From Chrysomallon squamiferum (Eukaryota; Animalia; Mollusca): DNA of 64,000 nucleotides. Under the pieces are notes generated by a model that worked only from the letters and a program-made list of their open reading frames with translations, searched no databases and had not been told where the DNA came from. Position 1 is the first letter of the stretch. Each line of letters begins with the position of its first letter. The translations under genes and the position numbers were made by a program. The stretch spans positions 24,552,001 to 24,616,000 of the forward strand of contig CM022677.1 in the NCBI GenBank assembly GCA_012295275.1, read 5' to 3'. Shown one piece after another: positions 29,607-45,072 of this stretch.

Positions 29607-29933
29607 TGTAAAGATTGAATGTGAACAGGTTGCTTGTGTGGAATGATATCTGGCATTTCCAAGACGTTTTATCTTCAGGCTTGACCGCATGAATGGTCAT
29701 CATGAAGAGCCAATGTCCAGGTTGATTATGTACGCAGGAACACTGGTAGCCGTCTTCAGCTATTATGTTATAACTAATTGGTTGCACTACGCACGCTGAC
29801 GAAAACGATAATCCATCTTGTCTTTGAAAATGAATACTGGCAAAAATATATTCATCGGGAACGACAGAACAGAACAGAGAGTAAGACTGACCCAGAACGG
29901 CGTTAGGCGGACCGTTCATAGCCACAGAAAGTA
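29607..29933 (-). CDS. U3 Ig-like domain A (one extra Cys lost: CVVQPISY)
   Basis: ttacag acceptor and gtaaca donor, 327 nt, phase 1-1. Confidence 0.88.
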
Positions 29934-30143
29934 CTGTAAGAGAAATATTAGTTGAAAGTTATTTGATGTAGGATGTGTGTTTTAACACATTGAAAATAAA
30001 AAACAAAAAACAAGGAAGAATAGGAATAGTAACAACAAGAACAGAAGAAAAAATTATAGTTTGAAGAAAAAGAATAATTAAAATATCTGGTTTTTATATA
30101 ATTATTTTTTTAATAATGTATGTATTTATGCATGTTTGTGTTA

Positions 30144-30243
<100 letters not shown>

Positions 30244-30526
30244 GTATGTATATATTTATGTATGTATGTATGTTTCTATATGTACATCTACATACGTGTA
30301 TATATACACCTAAACATATATTCACGTATACATATAGATAGAAATACACAAAATATATGTGTTTACATTCATGGATATATAGATACAGACACACACAAAA
30401 ACACACGTTCACATACATACTTACCTTTATACATACCCATACATATCCATTCATACATATATATTCATATAGACATATACACAATTACATACTGACATAC
30501 ATATATATACAAGAAAATAATAGTAC

Positions 30527-30614
30527 TTTGATTTAACATTCCGTTCACAGAAGAAATGGCAGATATTATCAGAAATCCTATTAGCACAAACTTTTCACAT
30601 GTTTTTTTCGGCAT
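30527..30614 (-). CDS. U3 signal-peptide exon (MPKKTCEKFVLIGFLIISAISSVNGMLNQ)
   Basis: ATG at 30614, 88 nt, phase-1 gtacta donor. Confidence 0.7.
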
Positions 30615-30982
30615 CGTGTAATCTTTTTTTTTTTCTGACAGTAATTTGAAATTATCCGACGTAAGCAGAAAAAACAAAAACAAAACTAAAATCAAAACTG
30701 TGTTGATCTATATTTGAATCCTCAGCATTTCCGATTTCACTGGAGTGTGCCTTTATTATTTATTTATTTATTTATTTATTTTGTTACTTTTTAAAATATT
30801 TTTTGTTCGTTCGGGATTTTTTTGCGTGGTTGCTGTTGTTGCTGTTTTTTTTTTTTTTTTTTTTTTGTTGCTAGAAATAATTTCTAAAATTTATTCAGTG
30901 AATTCAGATAATAAATGTCAAAATGATTTCTCATCTGTATTCAGTTTTTTTTTTTACCGTTTTTAGTATACGACTCAGCTTT

Positions 30983-31092
<110 letters not shown>

Positions 31093-31139
31093 GTATGTAT
31101 ATATGTATATATATATATATATATGGAGTTGTATGTGTG

Positions 31140-31207
<68 letters not shown>

Positions 31208-31448
31208 GTATGTATTTATTTATTTATGTTTTAATTGTATTTCTATATGTGTATGTGTGCTTACATGTTCGTTTGTTTGTGTTTATGTTAGTTTATAATG
31301 ATATAAACCATAATTAACTCTTTCCTCTCAAATACTGTTATAATGTAAAGAAGTATTAATGTTATTATTAGATAAATCTTTTAATTTATTTTAATTTATA
31401 TTGTATTTAGTCTGCGATTTGTACTACAAACTGCGGCATTATGTTTAA

Positions 31449-31506
<58 letters not shown>

Positions 31507-31631
31507 CATACTAGTAACAATAAAATGATGATGATTATGATAATAATGATGAAAGAAAATAAATACTTACACAACTAAAAATGATACTACTACTACTCTA
31601 CTAGTATTACTACTACTACTACTACTACTAC

Positions 31632-31665
<34 letters not shown>

Positions 31666-32744
31666 TAAAAATAACGATAGCAGCAAAAACATCAGTAAAC
31701 TAAATAGGACCCGGTAGAAGAGATACCTCTAGTTTATGAATAAGTAAATAAAATAAAATAAAATAAATAAAAATAAATAAAAATAAAATAAAATAAAAAA
31801 TAAAATAAAAAAAAATAAAAAAAATAAAAAAAACAAACAAATAAAAAATAAAAAAATAAATAAATAAAAAAATAAATAAATAAAAAAAAAAAAAAAAATA
31901 AACCAAAAAAAAAGGCCTAAAACGCCTAAAATAAATAAAAAACTGGCATACCAAATAATTATGATCGTCATGTAAGTAAAACTGTTCATATAATTATTTA
32001 TTTATTTATTTATTTATTTAAACGGAAAAATATTTATTTATTTTATTTATTTTTTTTTATACGATTTATTTTTTGAAAAAGCTGAAAGACCGCGATTTTT
32101 TAGATGCATCCCGTCTTGGCTTGTAACTGATTATTTTAATATTAATATATTTATCATTGATCACAACATTTTTATGCCTGATTGAGTTTTATAGAAATAC
32201 GAAAAACAAGAATAAAGACAGCAGTAAAATATTGATGATAATAAAAATTATAATAAATAATCAACAATAGTGATAATAATAATAATAATAAGAAGAAGAA
32301 GAAGAAGAAGAAGAAGAAAAAGAAGAAGAACAAGATGATGATGATGATGATGATGATGATAAAGAGTGAATGATAGTAATAATAAAAGTAATAAAGAAAT
32401 AGACACACCATGCTCTCTGTATATATTTGTATATGTGTGTGGGTGTGTGTATATATTAAAAAACAAACTGAGTTAAGAAAAGAAACGTTGATAAGTTAAA
32501 GCACGAAACACACATTTATTGTTTTCTTTGTTTTAATACCACGTTCAAACATGACAAGAAAATTTATAGGGCAATGAATGAGAGAACCAAAGAGAGTTTC
32601 TTTTATAATTTTATATATATATATTTTTTTTTTTTTCATAAGTCTGGAACAATTTCTACTTTATGGGACGAAATTTCATAGCGAATTCATTGTCCTGAAA
32701 AAGAAAGCAGAAAATGCATATATATCTATGACAGACACATACAG

Positions 32745-32889
<145 letters not shown>

Positions 32890-33098
32890 ATCTTTCAGTG
32901 AACAATATAAAAGTGATGATTTACTTTTTTCCTCCTGTTTACACATGGGCTTTGGACATCAACCTCTTTCTGAAAAATAACAGAAAGGAATATTGTATAG
33001 GAAATATCATTAAGAAATAAGAAAATTAATAATAATAATTATAAAAAATAATAATTATCGTTATGAAAGAAGGACTTTGCAATTTTCAGCGTATAAAG

Positions 33099-33164
<66 letters not shown>

Positions 33165-33499
33165 ATACGATTTAAATTTCAAAAATCAAGTAATATCCAT
33201 GGAGACAACTGATTTTATAATTTGTTTTTATTAGAAATACATTTTGAGAAAGAAGCATTATCATAGCAAACACCCGAATTGTTTTTGTATGTGTATGTAT
33301 TCATGTATGTATGTCTGAATATATATATATATATATCAAGACATGTCTGTGCATGAATGTATGTATTTATATTTATTAGAAATAAAGTTTGACAAACAAT
33401 CATTACCCAGTACATGTATGTGTGTCTGTACCAAAGTATAAACGTATATAACTATGCATGTGTGTATGTATTTATGTATGTATGCATATGTGTATACAT

Positions 33500-33850
33500 T
33501 CATGTATGAGGTATGTACTTAGCGGCAACTGTGAACTTGAACAGGTTGCTAAAACTAGGCCCCATCTGACAGCGCCATCTTCTGTGATGTTTTTTCTCCA
33601 ACTTCTGCACTACAAGCTTGTAATACCTCGGTTCTGACCTTCTGAACACGCAGCCACATTCATAACCGACCAAACGAAATGTCGATACGCAGTTTGTGTC
33701 CACCAGGCACACCGTAATAAAGGAGCCCAGTTCATACCTCTGAAAGTGAAGCGGAGCGTCTATACGATTGGAGGGAGTTACACGACAGAAGAAAGTGTAT
33801 TTTTGTTCCTAGAGTCACTATCGGTTTACCAGTCATTAGAACAGACACAC
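33500..33850 (-). pseudogene. U4 Ig-like domain D with +1 frameshift and lost donor
   Basis: 328 nt to the homologous donor position, with an extra base in tttttgtt at ~33800-33807. The donor reads ctaagt, and the downstream frame ends ...TVAAKYIPHT*. Confidence 0.7.
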
Positions 33851-33901
33851 CTAGTGAAAAAATAAGAACAACAAACTAACAAAAAAGAAAGGAAAAAAGA
33901 A

Positions 33902-33985
<84 letters not shown>

Positions 33986-34202
33986 TAGATATATAGATAT
34001 ATATACATATATATAAAAATCAAATAAAATAGACTGATAAAACATTATTTTTAAATATTACTTAGAACGATAAAAATAGCAACAATAATATAAATAATAG
34101 TAACAAGGAGAAGAATAAGGGGAAGAAGAAGAAAAAGAAGAAGAACAAAATATTACTGAAAACAGTTCCCTTATTAGGATGAAAATCTCTAAGACGTCTT
34201 AC

Positions 34203-34529
34203 TGTGAATGTTTAATCGGAAAGGATTGCTAATACTGGGCTCTGCTTCACATCTCCAACTTTTGATATCGCTTACAGTGACTCCTACAATCGTCATACTA
34301 TATACTCTGACGTCTGCGGTGGTGTTTACGCAACCACAACCATATCGTGTTAAGTGGAACCCTTGTTTGCACGATGCATACACCACACACAGTGGAATAA
34401 AGACGTCGTCCTCGTTTCTTTGAAACAGCAGAGGAGCTGACATTCTAGATGCAGGATTCACGGAGCAGTAGAAAGTGTAATTCATTCCCAGGACAATATT
34501 AGGCGGCCCATACATTTGCACAGTTGCAC
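34203..34529 (-). CDS. U4 Ig-like domain C
   Basis: ttacag acceptor and gtaaga donor, 327 nt, phase 1-1. Confidence 0.85.
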
Positions 34530-34739
34530 CTGTAACAATACAGGTAGATGTGACATATATCAAATTATCTGTTAACGTCTAGCTTTCTAACTGTCCATCT
34601 GTCACTCTGACTTTCTAACTAAGCTGTCTACCTACCTATCTTTCAACCTATCATCTATCTATATAATTTATCTATGTATCTATCTATCTATATGTCGATG
34701 CTATTTTAGTTACTTTAATTACGATTTCAGGTCACTTAC

Positions 34740-35066
34740 TAAAGATGTTGAATTTGATCTGATTGCTGTAAATCGGTCCACTTTCACATCTCCACATGGT
34801 GTGGTCTGTTTCCTTGACGTTGGGAATTGTCAGTGTGTACACTGGGTTCGTTCCACTGTTCTGTCTGCATCTACAGTGATACTGTCCTCTCTGGAAAACC
34901 TCTGAACATCTGTAGTCAACGGTGCACATTGAAACAAAAGATCTTTGGGACAGTCTTCGAAACTCGATTTTCGTTTTGATGGTGTATTCAGATGAAACGG
35001 TACAAAACAGGGTACATTTGTGATCCAAAATGACATTAGGAGGTCCGTACATTTGTAGAGATGCTC
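34740..35066 (-). CDS. U4 Ig-like domain B
   Basis: ttcaag acceptor and gtaagt donor, 327 nt, phase 1-1. Confidence 0.85.
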
Positions 35067-35311
35067 CTTGAAGAATGTATTAAGTTATTTTTTAATGTGT
35101 ACGACTGTATGTATCCATGTATGTTTCTATGTATGTATGTATGTATGTATGTATGTATGTATGTATGTGTGAGTGTATGTATGTATATATCTGTACATAC
35201 ATACATAGGTACACACGCACACATAAACACTCAGACATTATACACACACATTCAGACACAAACACTCAGACATTATAGAGACACTCATATATAAAATAAT
35301 AAAGTTGTTAC

Positions 35312-35637
35312 TGTAAAGATTGAATCTGAACAGGTTGCTTTCATGGAGTGTTATCTGACATTTCCAAGACGTTTTATCTTCAGGTTTGACCGCCTGAATG
35401 GTCATCATGAAGAGCCAATGTCCAGATTTGTTATGTACGCAGGAACACTGGTAGCCGTCTTCAGCTATCGCTTTATAACGAGATGGTGGTACGAAGCACT
35501 GTGACGAAAACGAGAATCCATCTTGTCTTTGGAAATGAATACTGGCAAAATATCTTCATCGGGAACGACAGAACAGAACAGAGAGTAAGACTGACCCAGA
35601 ACGGCGTTAGGCGGACCGTTCATAGCCACAGAAAGTA
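35312..35637 (-). pseudogene. U4 Ig-like domain A with -1 frameshift (326 nt); missed by the ORF track
   Basis: Clearly homologous to A2/A3. Reads ggcaaaatat versus ggcaaaaatat at ~35547-35550, with a Cys->Arg change in the C-x5-C loop (CFVPPSRY). Confidence 0.75.
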
Positions 35638-35687
35638 CTGTAAGAGAAATATTAGTTGAAAGTTTGTTGATGTAAGTTTTGTTTTTA

Positions 35688-35721
<34 letters not shown>

Positions 35722-35889
35722 CAAAGAAGAATAGGAAGAAAATAGATGTATGTGTTTACATACTTACCTATATACATACCCATACATATCCATTCATACA
35801 TATTCATGTACACATATACATGTACACATATACACAATTATATACTAACACACATATATACACACACATATACAAGTAAATAATAGTAC

Positions 35890-35977
35890 TTCGGTTTAAC
35901 ATTCCGTTCACAGAAGAAATGGCTGATATTATCAGAAATCCTATTAGCACAACATTTTCAGATGTTTTTTTCAGCAT
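35890..35977 (-). CDS. U4 signal-peptide exon (MLKKTSENVVLIGFLIISAISSVNGMLNR)
   Basis: ATG at 35977, 88 nt, phase-1 gtacta donor. Confidence 0.65.
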
Positions 35978-37036
35978 TGTGTAATTTTTTTCTTTTCTAA
36001 CATTAATCTGAAATTATCCGACGTAAGGTGAAAAAAAAACAAAAAAAAATTAAACCAAAACTGTGTTGATCTATATTTGAATCCTCAGCATCTGGAGTGT
36101 GCCTTTATTAATATTTTTATTATTTTTTTATTTTTTTACTTTTTTAGTATTTTTTTGTTTGTTCGTTTCTTATTTTGTATTTATTTATTTTGTTGTTGTT
36201 GTTTTTTTTTTTTTTTTTTATCTACATTGTTGCTATAAATAATTTCTGACATTTATCCAGTGAAGTCAGATAATAAATGTCAAAATGATTTCTTATCTGT
36301 ATCCAGTTTTTTTACTGCTTTTAATATACAACTCAATTTTAATAATATATATATGTATATGTTTATCTGTATATATGTAAATATGTATAGATGTATGCAG
36401 TGGTGTGTGTGTCTGTTTCTATATGTATGTATGTATGTATGTATTTATGTTTTTGTGAGTTTTGTGTGTATGTATTTCCGTATTTGTATATGTATGTGTG
36501 CTTGCATTTATTTGTTTATGATTTTCATGTATTTTTATATGTGTGTGTGCTTATATGTTTGTTTGTTTGTGTTTATGTTAGTTTATAATGATATAAACCA
36601 TAATTAACTGTTTACTCTCAAATACTATTATAATGTAAAGAAGCATTAATGTTATTATTAGATAAATCTTTTAATTCATTTTAATCCCTATTGTATTTAA
36701 TTTGAGATATGTCCTGCAAACAGCGGCATTATGTTTAATGTGTATACATACATACATAATACATACATACTAGTAACAATAAAATGATGATGATGATGAC
36801 GATGATGATAATAATAACAATAATGAACAAAAATAAATAGATACATAAATAAAAATGATGCTTTTACTACTGCTACTATTACTACTACTAATAATAAAGA
36901 TAATAATAATAAAAAAAAAAAGTAACGCTAGCAATAAAACCATCATAAAAGTAAATAGATCCTGGTAGAAGAAGTACCTTTTGTAAAAGAATAAGTATAT
37001 AAACCAAAATAAAATAAAATAAAATAAAGAAACAAA

Positions 37037-37096
<60 letters not shown>

Positions 37097-37149
37097 AAAT
37101 AAACAAACAAACGAATAAATAAGTAAGTAAATAAATAAATAACCTAATA

Positions 37150-37202
<53 letters not shown>

Positions 37203-37272
37203 TAAATAAATAGGTAACTAAATAAATAACTAGCTTAGTCATTATGATCATCATCTAAGTGAAACTATTATT

Positions 37273-37331
<59 letters not shown>

Positions 37332-37689
37332 TTGTTCTGTTTGCTTCTAACCGAATATTTTAAAATTAATATATTTATCACAGGTCAGACCATTTTTTTC
37401 ATATCTTGTGTGGTATTTGTTTATTTTGATATTTATGTCTACGTTGTATATTGAATGTACATCTGACAGGAGAGTAACACATGTCAGAAACATCATGTTC
37501 ATATTTAAATTATCAGGGAGCAGAATACATACAGAAAATATGCAATAATACAATTCCTAACATAGAGTTAAATATATAAAATACACACAACAAATATATT
37601 TGTACACTGCTGTTATCAATTTAACATAATTTACAGCAACAAAAGGATGATGATGATGAAAATTATAATAAATAAATAAATAAATAACA

Positions 37690-37758
<69 letters not shown>

Positions 37759-38184
37759 TTAATAATAATAACAATAACAACAACAATGAAAAATAGTAAT
37801 AATAAAAGTAATAAAGAAATAGACATTTAATCATGCTCTCTGTATTCATTTGTATATGTATTGTTCAATTGACAAAAGCGGTATATATATATATATATAA
37901 AAAAACAGAGTTTAGAAAAGAAAAGTTGATAAGTAAAAGCACAAAAAACACCTATTGTTTTCTTTATTTTAATACCATCTTGAAACATGACAAGAACATT
38001 TAAAAGGCCATGAATGAGAGAGAAGCAGAGAGAGTTTCTATTATTATTTTCTTTTATACATTTTCTACTAATTTACAGTAATCAGTGTGGAACAATTCCT
38101 ATTTTATGGGACGAAATTGGATACCGAATTTGTTCTCCTGAAAAGAAAAAGAAAAAAGAAGCAGAAAATAAAACTTATGATTGT

Positions 38185-38307
<123 letters not shown>

Positions 38308-38363
38308 GAATACTATTAAAAGTGTTGGTTTCTTTTCTCCTGTTAAAAGATGAACTTCGAACG

Positions 38364-38374
38364 TCAACTTGCCT
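38364..38374 (-). CDS. U5 terminal mini-exon coding part (K-A-S-stop)
   Basis: ctgttattttacag|AG GCA AGT TGA. Confidence 0.55.
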
Positions 38375-38663
38375 CTGTAAAATAACAGAAAGGAAATTGT
38401 TAAGGAAATGTCATTAATAAAAAAAAATAATAAAAGGAATCTCCAAACATGAAAGAAAACGAACAATTAAAAAACAAATCAAAATAATAAATATGTATAT
38501 AAAAAAAAAAAAAAAAAAAAAAAAATAAATAAATAAATAAATAAAAAACAAAAAATAATAATCATTATGAAAGAAAGACATTGCATGAACAAACAAACTG
38601 AAGAGGAAACTGATTAGAAAAATGTCCAAATTTTACACGTATAAATTTTATTATTATTATTAC

Positions 38664-38778
<115 letters not shown>

Positions 38779-39027
38779 TCACGATTTAAATTTCCATGGA
38801 AATCACTGATTTTTTTTATTTATTAGAAATGCATTTTGAGAAATAAACGTTAGCGACAGGAAACACCTTATTATTTTTTGTATATGTGGGTTTGTTCATG
38901 TGTGTCTGTGTATATGTGCATCTGTGTGTTAACGTGTGTGTTAACGTGTTAGTGTATTCATTCATATATAGATATATCAATAATATGATTTTGTATGTAA
39001 GTATGTATGTATTTCATGTATGTTTTG

Positions 39028-39062
<35 letters not shown>

Positions 39063-39097
39063 GTGTGTGTGTGTGTGTGTATGTATTTGTGTATGTC

Positions 39098-39135
<38 letters not shown>

Positions 39136-39363
39136 TAGATAGATAGATAGATAGATAGATTAAATACTTTGATAGATAGATAGAAAGATAGACGGACAGA
39201 TTGATATATTTGTGTATGTATGTCTACACATATATATATTTATACATTGTATGTTATGTATGTATGTATGTATGTATGTATGTATGTATGTATGCATATG
39301 TAAACACGCATGTATATATAGTATGTATGTGTGTGTACATGTATGTGTGTATCGGTTACTTAC

Positions 39364-39690
39364 TGGGAACTCTAAACTTGAACAGGTTGCTAAAACTAGG
39401 CCCCATCTGACAGCGCCATCTTCTGTGATGTTTTTTCTCCAACTTCTGCACTACAAGCTTGTAATATCTCGGTTCTGACCTTCTGAACACGCAGCCACAT
39501 TCATAACCGACCAAACGAAATGTCGATACGCAGTTTGTGTCCACCAGGCACACCGTAATAAAGGAGCCCAGTTCATACCTCTGAAAGTGAAGCGGAGCGT
39601 CTATACGAATGGAGGGAGTTACAGGACAGAAGAACGTGTATTTCTTTCCTAGAATTACTCTCGGTTTACCAGTCATTTGAACAGAGACAC
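39364..39690 (-). CDS. U5 Ig-like domain D
   Basis: ctag acceptor and gtaagt donor, 327 nt, phase 1-1. Confidence 0.9.
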
Positions 39691-39710
39691 CTAGCGTAAA
39701 AACAAAAAGA

Positions 39711-39750
<40 letters not shown>

Positions 39751-39874
39751 TACTACTACTACTACCAATAATAATCATAATAGTAAGAGGAAGAAGAGGA
39801 AGAAATAGAAGAAGAAGAAAATATTATTCGAAAGATTTCGCTTATAACGGATGCAAATCTCGGACAAGTCTTAC

Positions 39875-40201
39875 TGTGAATGTTAAATCGGAAATGATTG
39901 CTAATACTGGGCTCTGCTTCACATCTCCAACTTCTGCTGTCTCTTATGGCGACTCCCAGTATCGTCATACTATATACTCTGACGTTTGCGGTGGTGTTTA
40001 CGCAACCACAACGATATCGTGTTAAGCGGAACCCCTGTTTGCACGATGCATACACCACACACAGTGGAATAAAGACGTCGTCCTCGTTTCTTTGAAACAG
40101 CAGAGGAGCTGACATTCTAGATGCAGGATTCACGGAGCAGTAGAAAGTGTAATTCATTCCCAGGACAATATTAGGCGGCCCATACATTTGCACAGTTACA
40201 C
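39875..40201 (-). CDS. U5 Ig-like domain C
   Basis: tttttacag acceptor and gtaaga donor, 327 nt, phase 1-1. Confidence 0.9.
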
Positions 40202-40496
40202 CTGTAAAAATACAGCTAGGTGTGACATTTATCAAATTATCTGTTAACGTCTAGTTGTCTGACTGTCCATCTGTTTGTCTGTCTTTCTGTCTAATCTGTC
40301 TGCTCTGGGTCTCTGTCTTTCCTTCTGTCTATTTATTTATCTGATGAGTTATATCAGTCTGTCTGATTACTTGTTTTCTATATCTGTCTGTCTGATATCT
40401 ATCTATACATATGTAAATATTATTATCGATTTCGTGATGTTGATAAAAGTAAATGTAATAAAGTTAAGGAGCTTTGAATAGTCATTTGGGTTAGAG

Positions 40497-40578
<82 letters not shown>

Positions 40579-40765
40579 GCCTACGAAACGTTGCTGAATC
40601 ATCGCTTATTCTATCTATATATCTGTCTATCTGTATATCTATCTATCCATCTATCTATCTACCTATCTGTCTACCTATCTATATATCTATATATCTACCA
40701 TCTATCAACCTATCTATCTGTCGATGCTATTTTAGTTACTTTAATGATGATTTCATATCGCTTAC

Positions 40766-41092
40766 TGAAGATATTGAATTTGATCTGATTGCTGTAACTC
40801 GGTCCACTTTGACATCTCCACATGCTGCGGTCGATTTTCTTGACGTTGGGAATTGTCATCGTGTACACTGGGTTCATTCCTCTGCTCTCTGTACATCCGC
40901 AGTGATACTGTTCTCTCTGGTAATATTCAGAACAGTAGTGGTCAACAGTGCATATTGAAATGAACGATCCAGAGGACAGTCTTCGAAACTCGATTTTCGT
41001 TTCGATGGTTGTCTTGGAAGAAACGGTACAAAACAGGGTACATCTGTGATCCAGAACGACATTAGGAGGTCCGTGCATTTGTAGAGATGCAG
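40766..41092 (-). CDS. U5 Ig-like domain B
   Basis: ttcaag acceptor and gtaagc donor, 327 nt, phase 1-1. Confidence 0.9.
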
Positions 41093-41146
41093 CTTGAAGA
41101 ATATATTAAGTTTTTTTTAATGTGTCTCTGTGTGGGTGTTTGTGTG

Positions 41147-41184
<38 letters not shown>

Positions 41185-41310
41185 TAATGAATAATAAACT
41201 GTTAGTGACAGATATACAATCATCCTTGTTTTAGTAACACTAATAATAACAATAATAAAAACAACAACAACAACAACAATAATAATACACACATACAAAC
41301 ACTCAGACAT

Positions 41311-41352
<42 letters not shown>

Positions 41353-41372
41353 AAAAAAAATAAAGTTGTTAC

Positions 41373-41699
41373 TGTAAACATTGAATGTGAACAGGTTGCT
41401 TGCATGGAATGTTATCTGACATTTCCAAGCCGTTTTATCTTCAAGCTTGACCGCCTGAATGGTCATCATGAAGAGCCTATGTCCAGGTTGATTACGTACG
41501 CAGGAACACTGGTAACCGTCTTCAGCTACGGTGTCTTCACAAGATGCTTGCACGACACACGGTGACGAAAACGATAATCCATCTTGTCTTTGGAAATGAA
41601 TAGTTGCAAAAATATCGTCATCGGGAACGACAGAACAGAACAGAGAGTAAGACTGACCCAGAACGGCGTTAGGCGGACCGTTCATAGCCACAGAAAGTA
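41373..41699 (-). CDS. U5 Ig-like domain A
   Basis: ttacag acceptor and gtaaca donor, 327 nt, phase 1-1. Confidence 0.9.
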
Positions 41700-42100
41700 C
41701 TGTAAGAGAAATATTAATTAAAAGTCTGTTGATGTAACGTGTGTATTTTAACACATTAAAAAATTAAAAGAAAGAAGAATAGGAAGGAAATAAATAAATA
41801 AATAAATAAAAGAAAAAGAATAATTAAAATTTCTGTTTTTTTAAAATTATTCTTAAAATTATGTATGAATTTATGCATCTGTGTGTGTTTGTGTTTGTGT
41901 GTGTGTGTGCATATATATGTGTGTATGTTTATATATGTATATGTACGAATAAAAACACACGCACAGATAGATACACACATACTTACCTATAAACACTCCC
42001 ACACATCTCCATACATACACACATATATACATATATACATACACACAACTACATACTGACATACATACATACATATAGATACACAAGTAAATAATAGTAC

Positions 42101-42188
42101 TTCGGTTTAATATCCCGTTCACAGAAGAAATGGCAGATATTATCAGAAATCCTATTAGCACAAACTTTTCACATGTTTCTTTCAGCAT
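42101..42188 (-). CDS. U5 signal-peptide exon (MLKETCEKFVLIGFLIISAISSVNGILNR)
   Basis: ATG at 42188, 88 nt, phase-1 gtacta donor. U5 is fully intact (~468 aa). Confidence 0.7.
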
Positions 42189-42642
42189 CGTGTAATCTTT
42201 TTTTTTTTCTAACAGTAACTTGAAATTATCCGAACTTAGCGGGAAAAAAAGGACAAAATTAGAACCAAAACTATCTTGATCTATATCTGAATACTCAGCA
42301 TTTCCGATTTGACTGTAATGTGCGTTTATTTATATTTTTATATTTGTTTATTTAGTTATTTTGTTACATTTGTTTGTGTTTGTGTTTTTTTTGTGTTGTT
42401 CTCGTTTTGTTATTGATTTTTTTTCCTGCTTTGTTGCTATAAATTGTTTCTGAAATTTATCCAGTGAATTCAGATAATAAATGTCAAAATGATTTTATTT
42501 GAATTTTTTTTTTTTTTTTTTTTTTGATTTTTTGATTTAATTTTTATTTTCTTGCTTTTAATATACGCCTGTTGTTTAATAATATATGTATGGATATATT
42601 TATATGTATGTATTTATGTAAATATCTATGTATCTAAGCACT

Positions 42643-42711
<69 letters not shown>

Positions 42712-42969
42712 TAATTGTGTATTATTATTTTTTTTTTATTTTTTTTTTTTTTTTTTTTTATTATTTTTATATGTGTTCGTGTTCACATTCTCGTTTGTTT
42801 AGGTTTATGTATTTTTATAATGATATAAATCATAATTAACTCTTTCCTCTGAAATACCATTATGATGTAGAAATTTTTAATTTCCAGTCTCTTCAAATGA
42901 TACTCTAACATCCTTGAACCTGTACATTCGTTGTGTGCTCTAAGTACGTACAGATAATTTACACACACA

Positions 42970-43007
<38 letters not shown>

Positions 43008-43073
43008 CATTTTGCTATAATGATTTGAATCAAATCATTCATTAATTATTTAATCTTTTTTCTAGAAAAAAAA

Positions 43074-43119
<46 letters not shown>

Positions 43120-43138
43120 ATTATTTATTTATCTATTA

Positions 43139-43192
<54 letters not shown>

Positions 43193-43319
43193 GTTGTTTT
43201 TTTTTTTTTTTTTTTTTAGTACTCGGACCAAAAACAAAATTTAAATGATAAAAGTAAGTAAATATTTCACATATGAAAATGTCAAAAAAAGACAGTGAAC
43301 CAATCGTTAGAGATAAAAG

Positions 43320-43455
43320 TATGACGTAGGATTCCACGTCATTAGATCTCGTTGACGTAATATGAAATTTTGTAAGTAGTGAAGTCCTATTCTGTAAATA
43401 ATCGCTTCCTTTACGTCACGAAATTACGCGACCGAGAAATAAATATGACCAATGC
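43320..43455. promoter_or_regulatory. Cluster of CRE/ATF-type bZIP motifs plus CCAAT (candidate enhancer or promoter)
   Basis: tgacgtag, ccacgtca, ttgacgtaa and ttacgtca within ~100 bp, then ccaat, in otherwise CpG-poor DNA ~1.1 kb upstream of the U5 ATG. Confidence 0.35.
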
Positions 43456-44610
43456 TTTGGATATTATAAAAATTATTGAATATATTTTGTTCTTGTTTTT
43501 TATGTGATCATAGGTGGATATTACTGGAATTGATGACATTGTTATTATTATTATTATTATTTTTCTGTTGAAATATCTAACTAGTACTTGTAGAAACTGT
43601 ATTTTAACTTATGTTTTAACTTATGTTTTATTTTTCATGAAAGAGTGTGCTATAAATAGCAACTGACATATTGTTCCGCTTTCGTGTTTTTCGCGTTTTC
43701 TTTTTTCATTCTTTCTTTCTTTCTTTCTTTCTTTTTTTTTTTTAATTCTTATTTTAATTTATTTATTTATTTATTTTGTAACAAAGGACAAACAAGATAA
43801 AAGTTCTGAAAGAAGCCTTTAATGAAAACAGAAGAGAAACTTTACCCGATCGTTTTCAAATGAAAGAAAAAGTACATCAAAGAAAAAAACAAAAAAACTC
43901 TTTCAGTGAACTATTGTCAGCCTCTTTTCTTTTCTTTCGATTTCTTTCTTCGTTCTTTTTTGCGTGCTGTTTACAAAACGTAAATCTAAAAATAGAAAAT
44001 AAGTATCAGCAACATTTTGAACTATTTATTTTAAACTGTATTGTTTACAGCACATTTGATAAACTAAAGCAATAACTAATAAATGCATCAAATAAAATAA
44101 AAAGTAAATTAAAGAATATAAAATAAAATTAAGTGAACTTAGTTTGACTACATTAGATTTATTTTCATTTAATAAATTATTATAACATTTTCACATACAT
44201 AATTATTAATATATATATATATATATCATTCATTCATTCATTTATTATTATTATTATTGTTGTTGTTGTTGTTGTTGTTGTTTTTTTTGTTGTTGTTTAG
44301 TTCAGCTATCCATAATCACTGAACATTTAAAACCCCAAAAATGACAACATTAAAATTATTAAAAAAAAATAAATAAATAAATCACTGAAACGTCATATTC
44401 TTTCAATACGGCGTCATCATTTGATGCAAAACTTCACGTGATGTTAATGACGTCATATTTAAATCAGACATTTTGTAATAATAACGGATATCGTTAATGC
44501 TATTAAGTTAAACATTTTGAAAAATAAGATATTCAACTGAAAAGACAACAGGATACGTAAATATGTGACATATACGTAATATATTTCTGTCTTGTTTCTT
44601 TGCTTTCTAT

Positions 44611-44689
<79 letters not shown>

Positions 44690-44812
44690 TTTTTTTTTTT
44701 TTTTTTTTTGTTTGTTTGTTTGTTTATTTGTTTATTCTGTTTTTCTTTCACGGTATTCATTGATAGGCTGGTTCTAAAATATCAGTTGGGAAAATTTATA
44801 AAATGATTCAGT

Positions 44813-44838
44813 TCAGAAGGATCCAAACTTTACCCTGG
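44813..44838 (-). CDS. G7 candidate terminal exon (A-RVKFGSF*)
   Basis: ataatttcag acceptor, phase 1. Would supply the last strand missing from the shortened 312-nt exon 45229-45540. Confidence 0.45.
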
Positions 44839-45003
44839 CTGAAATTATATACCAAAACAACATCTGTTTAAAGTGACCAGTATTTCATAAATTCAAATAT
44901 AATTTAGAAAAATTCATTGAAATGAAATCTAATCAAAATAAACATACGAAACGAAACAAAGAAATTCTGAAAAAATAATGCCAGAATGAATAAAGACAAA
45001 GAA

Positions 45004-45072
<69 letters not shown>

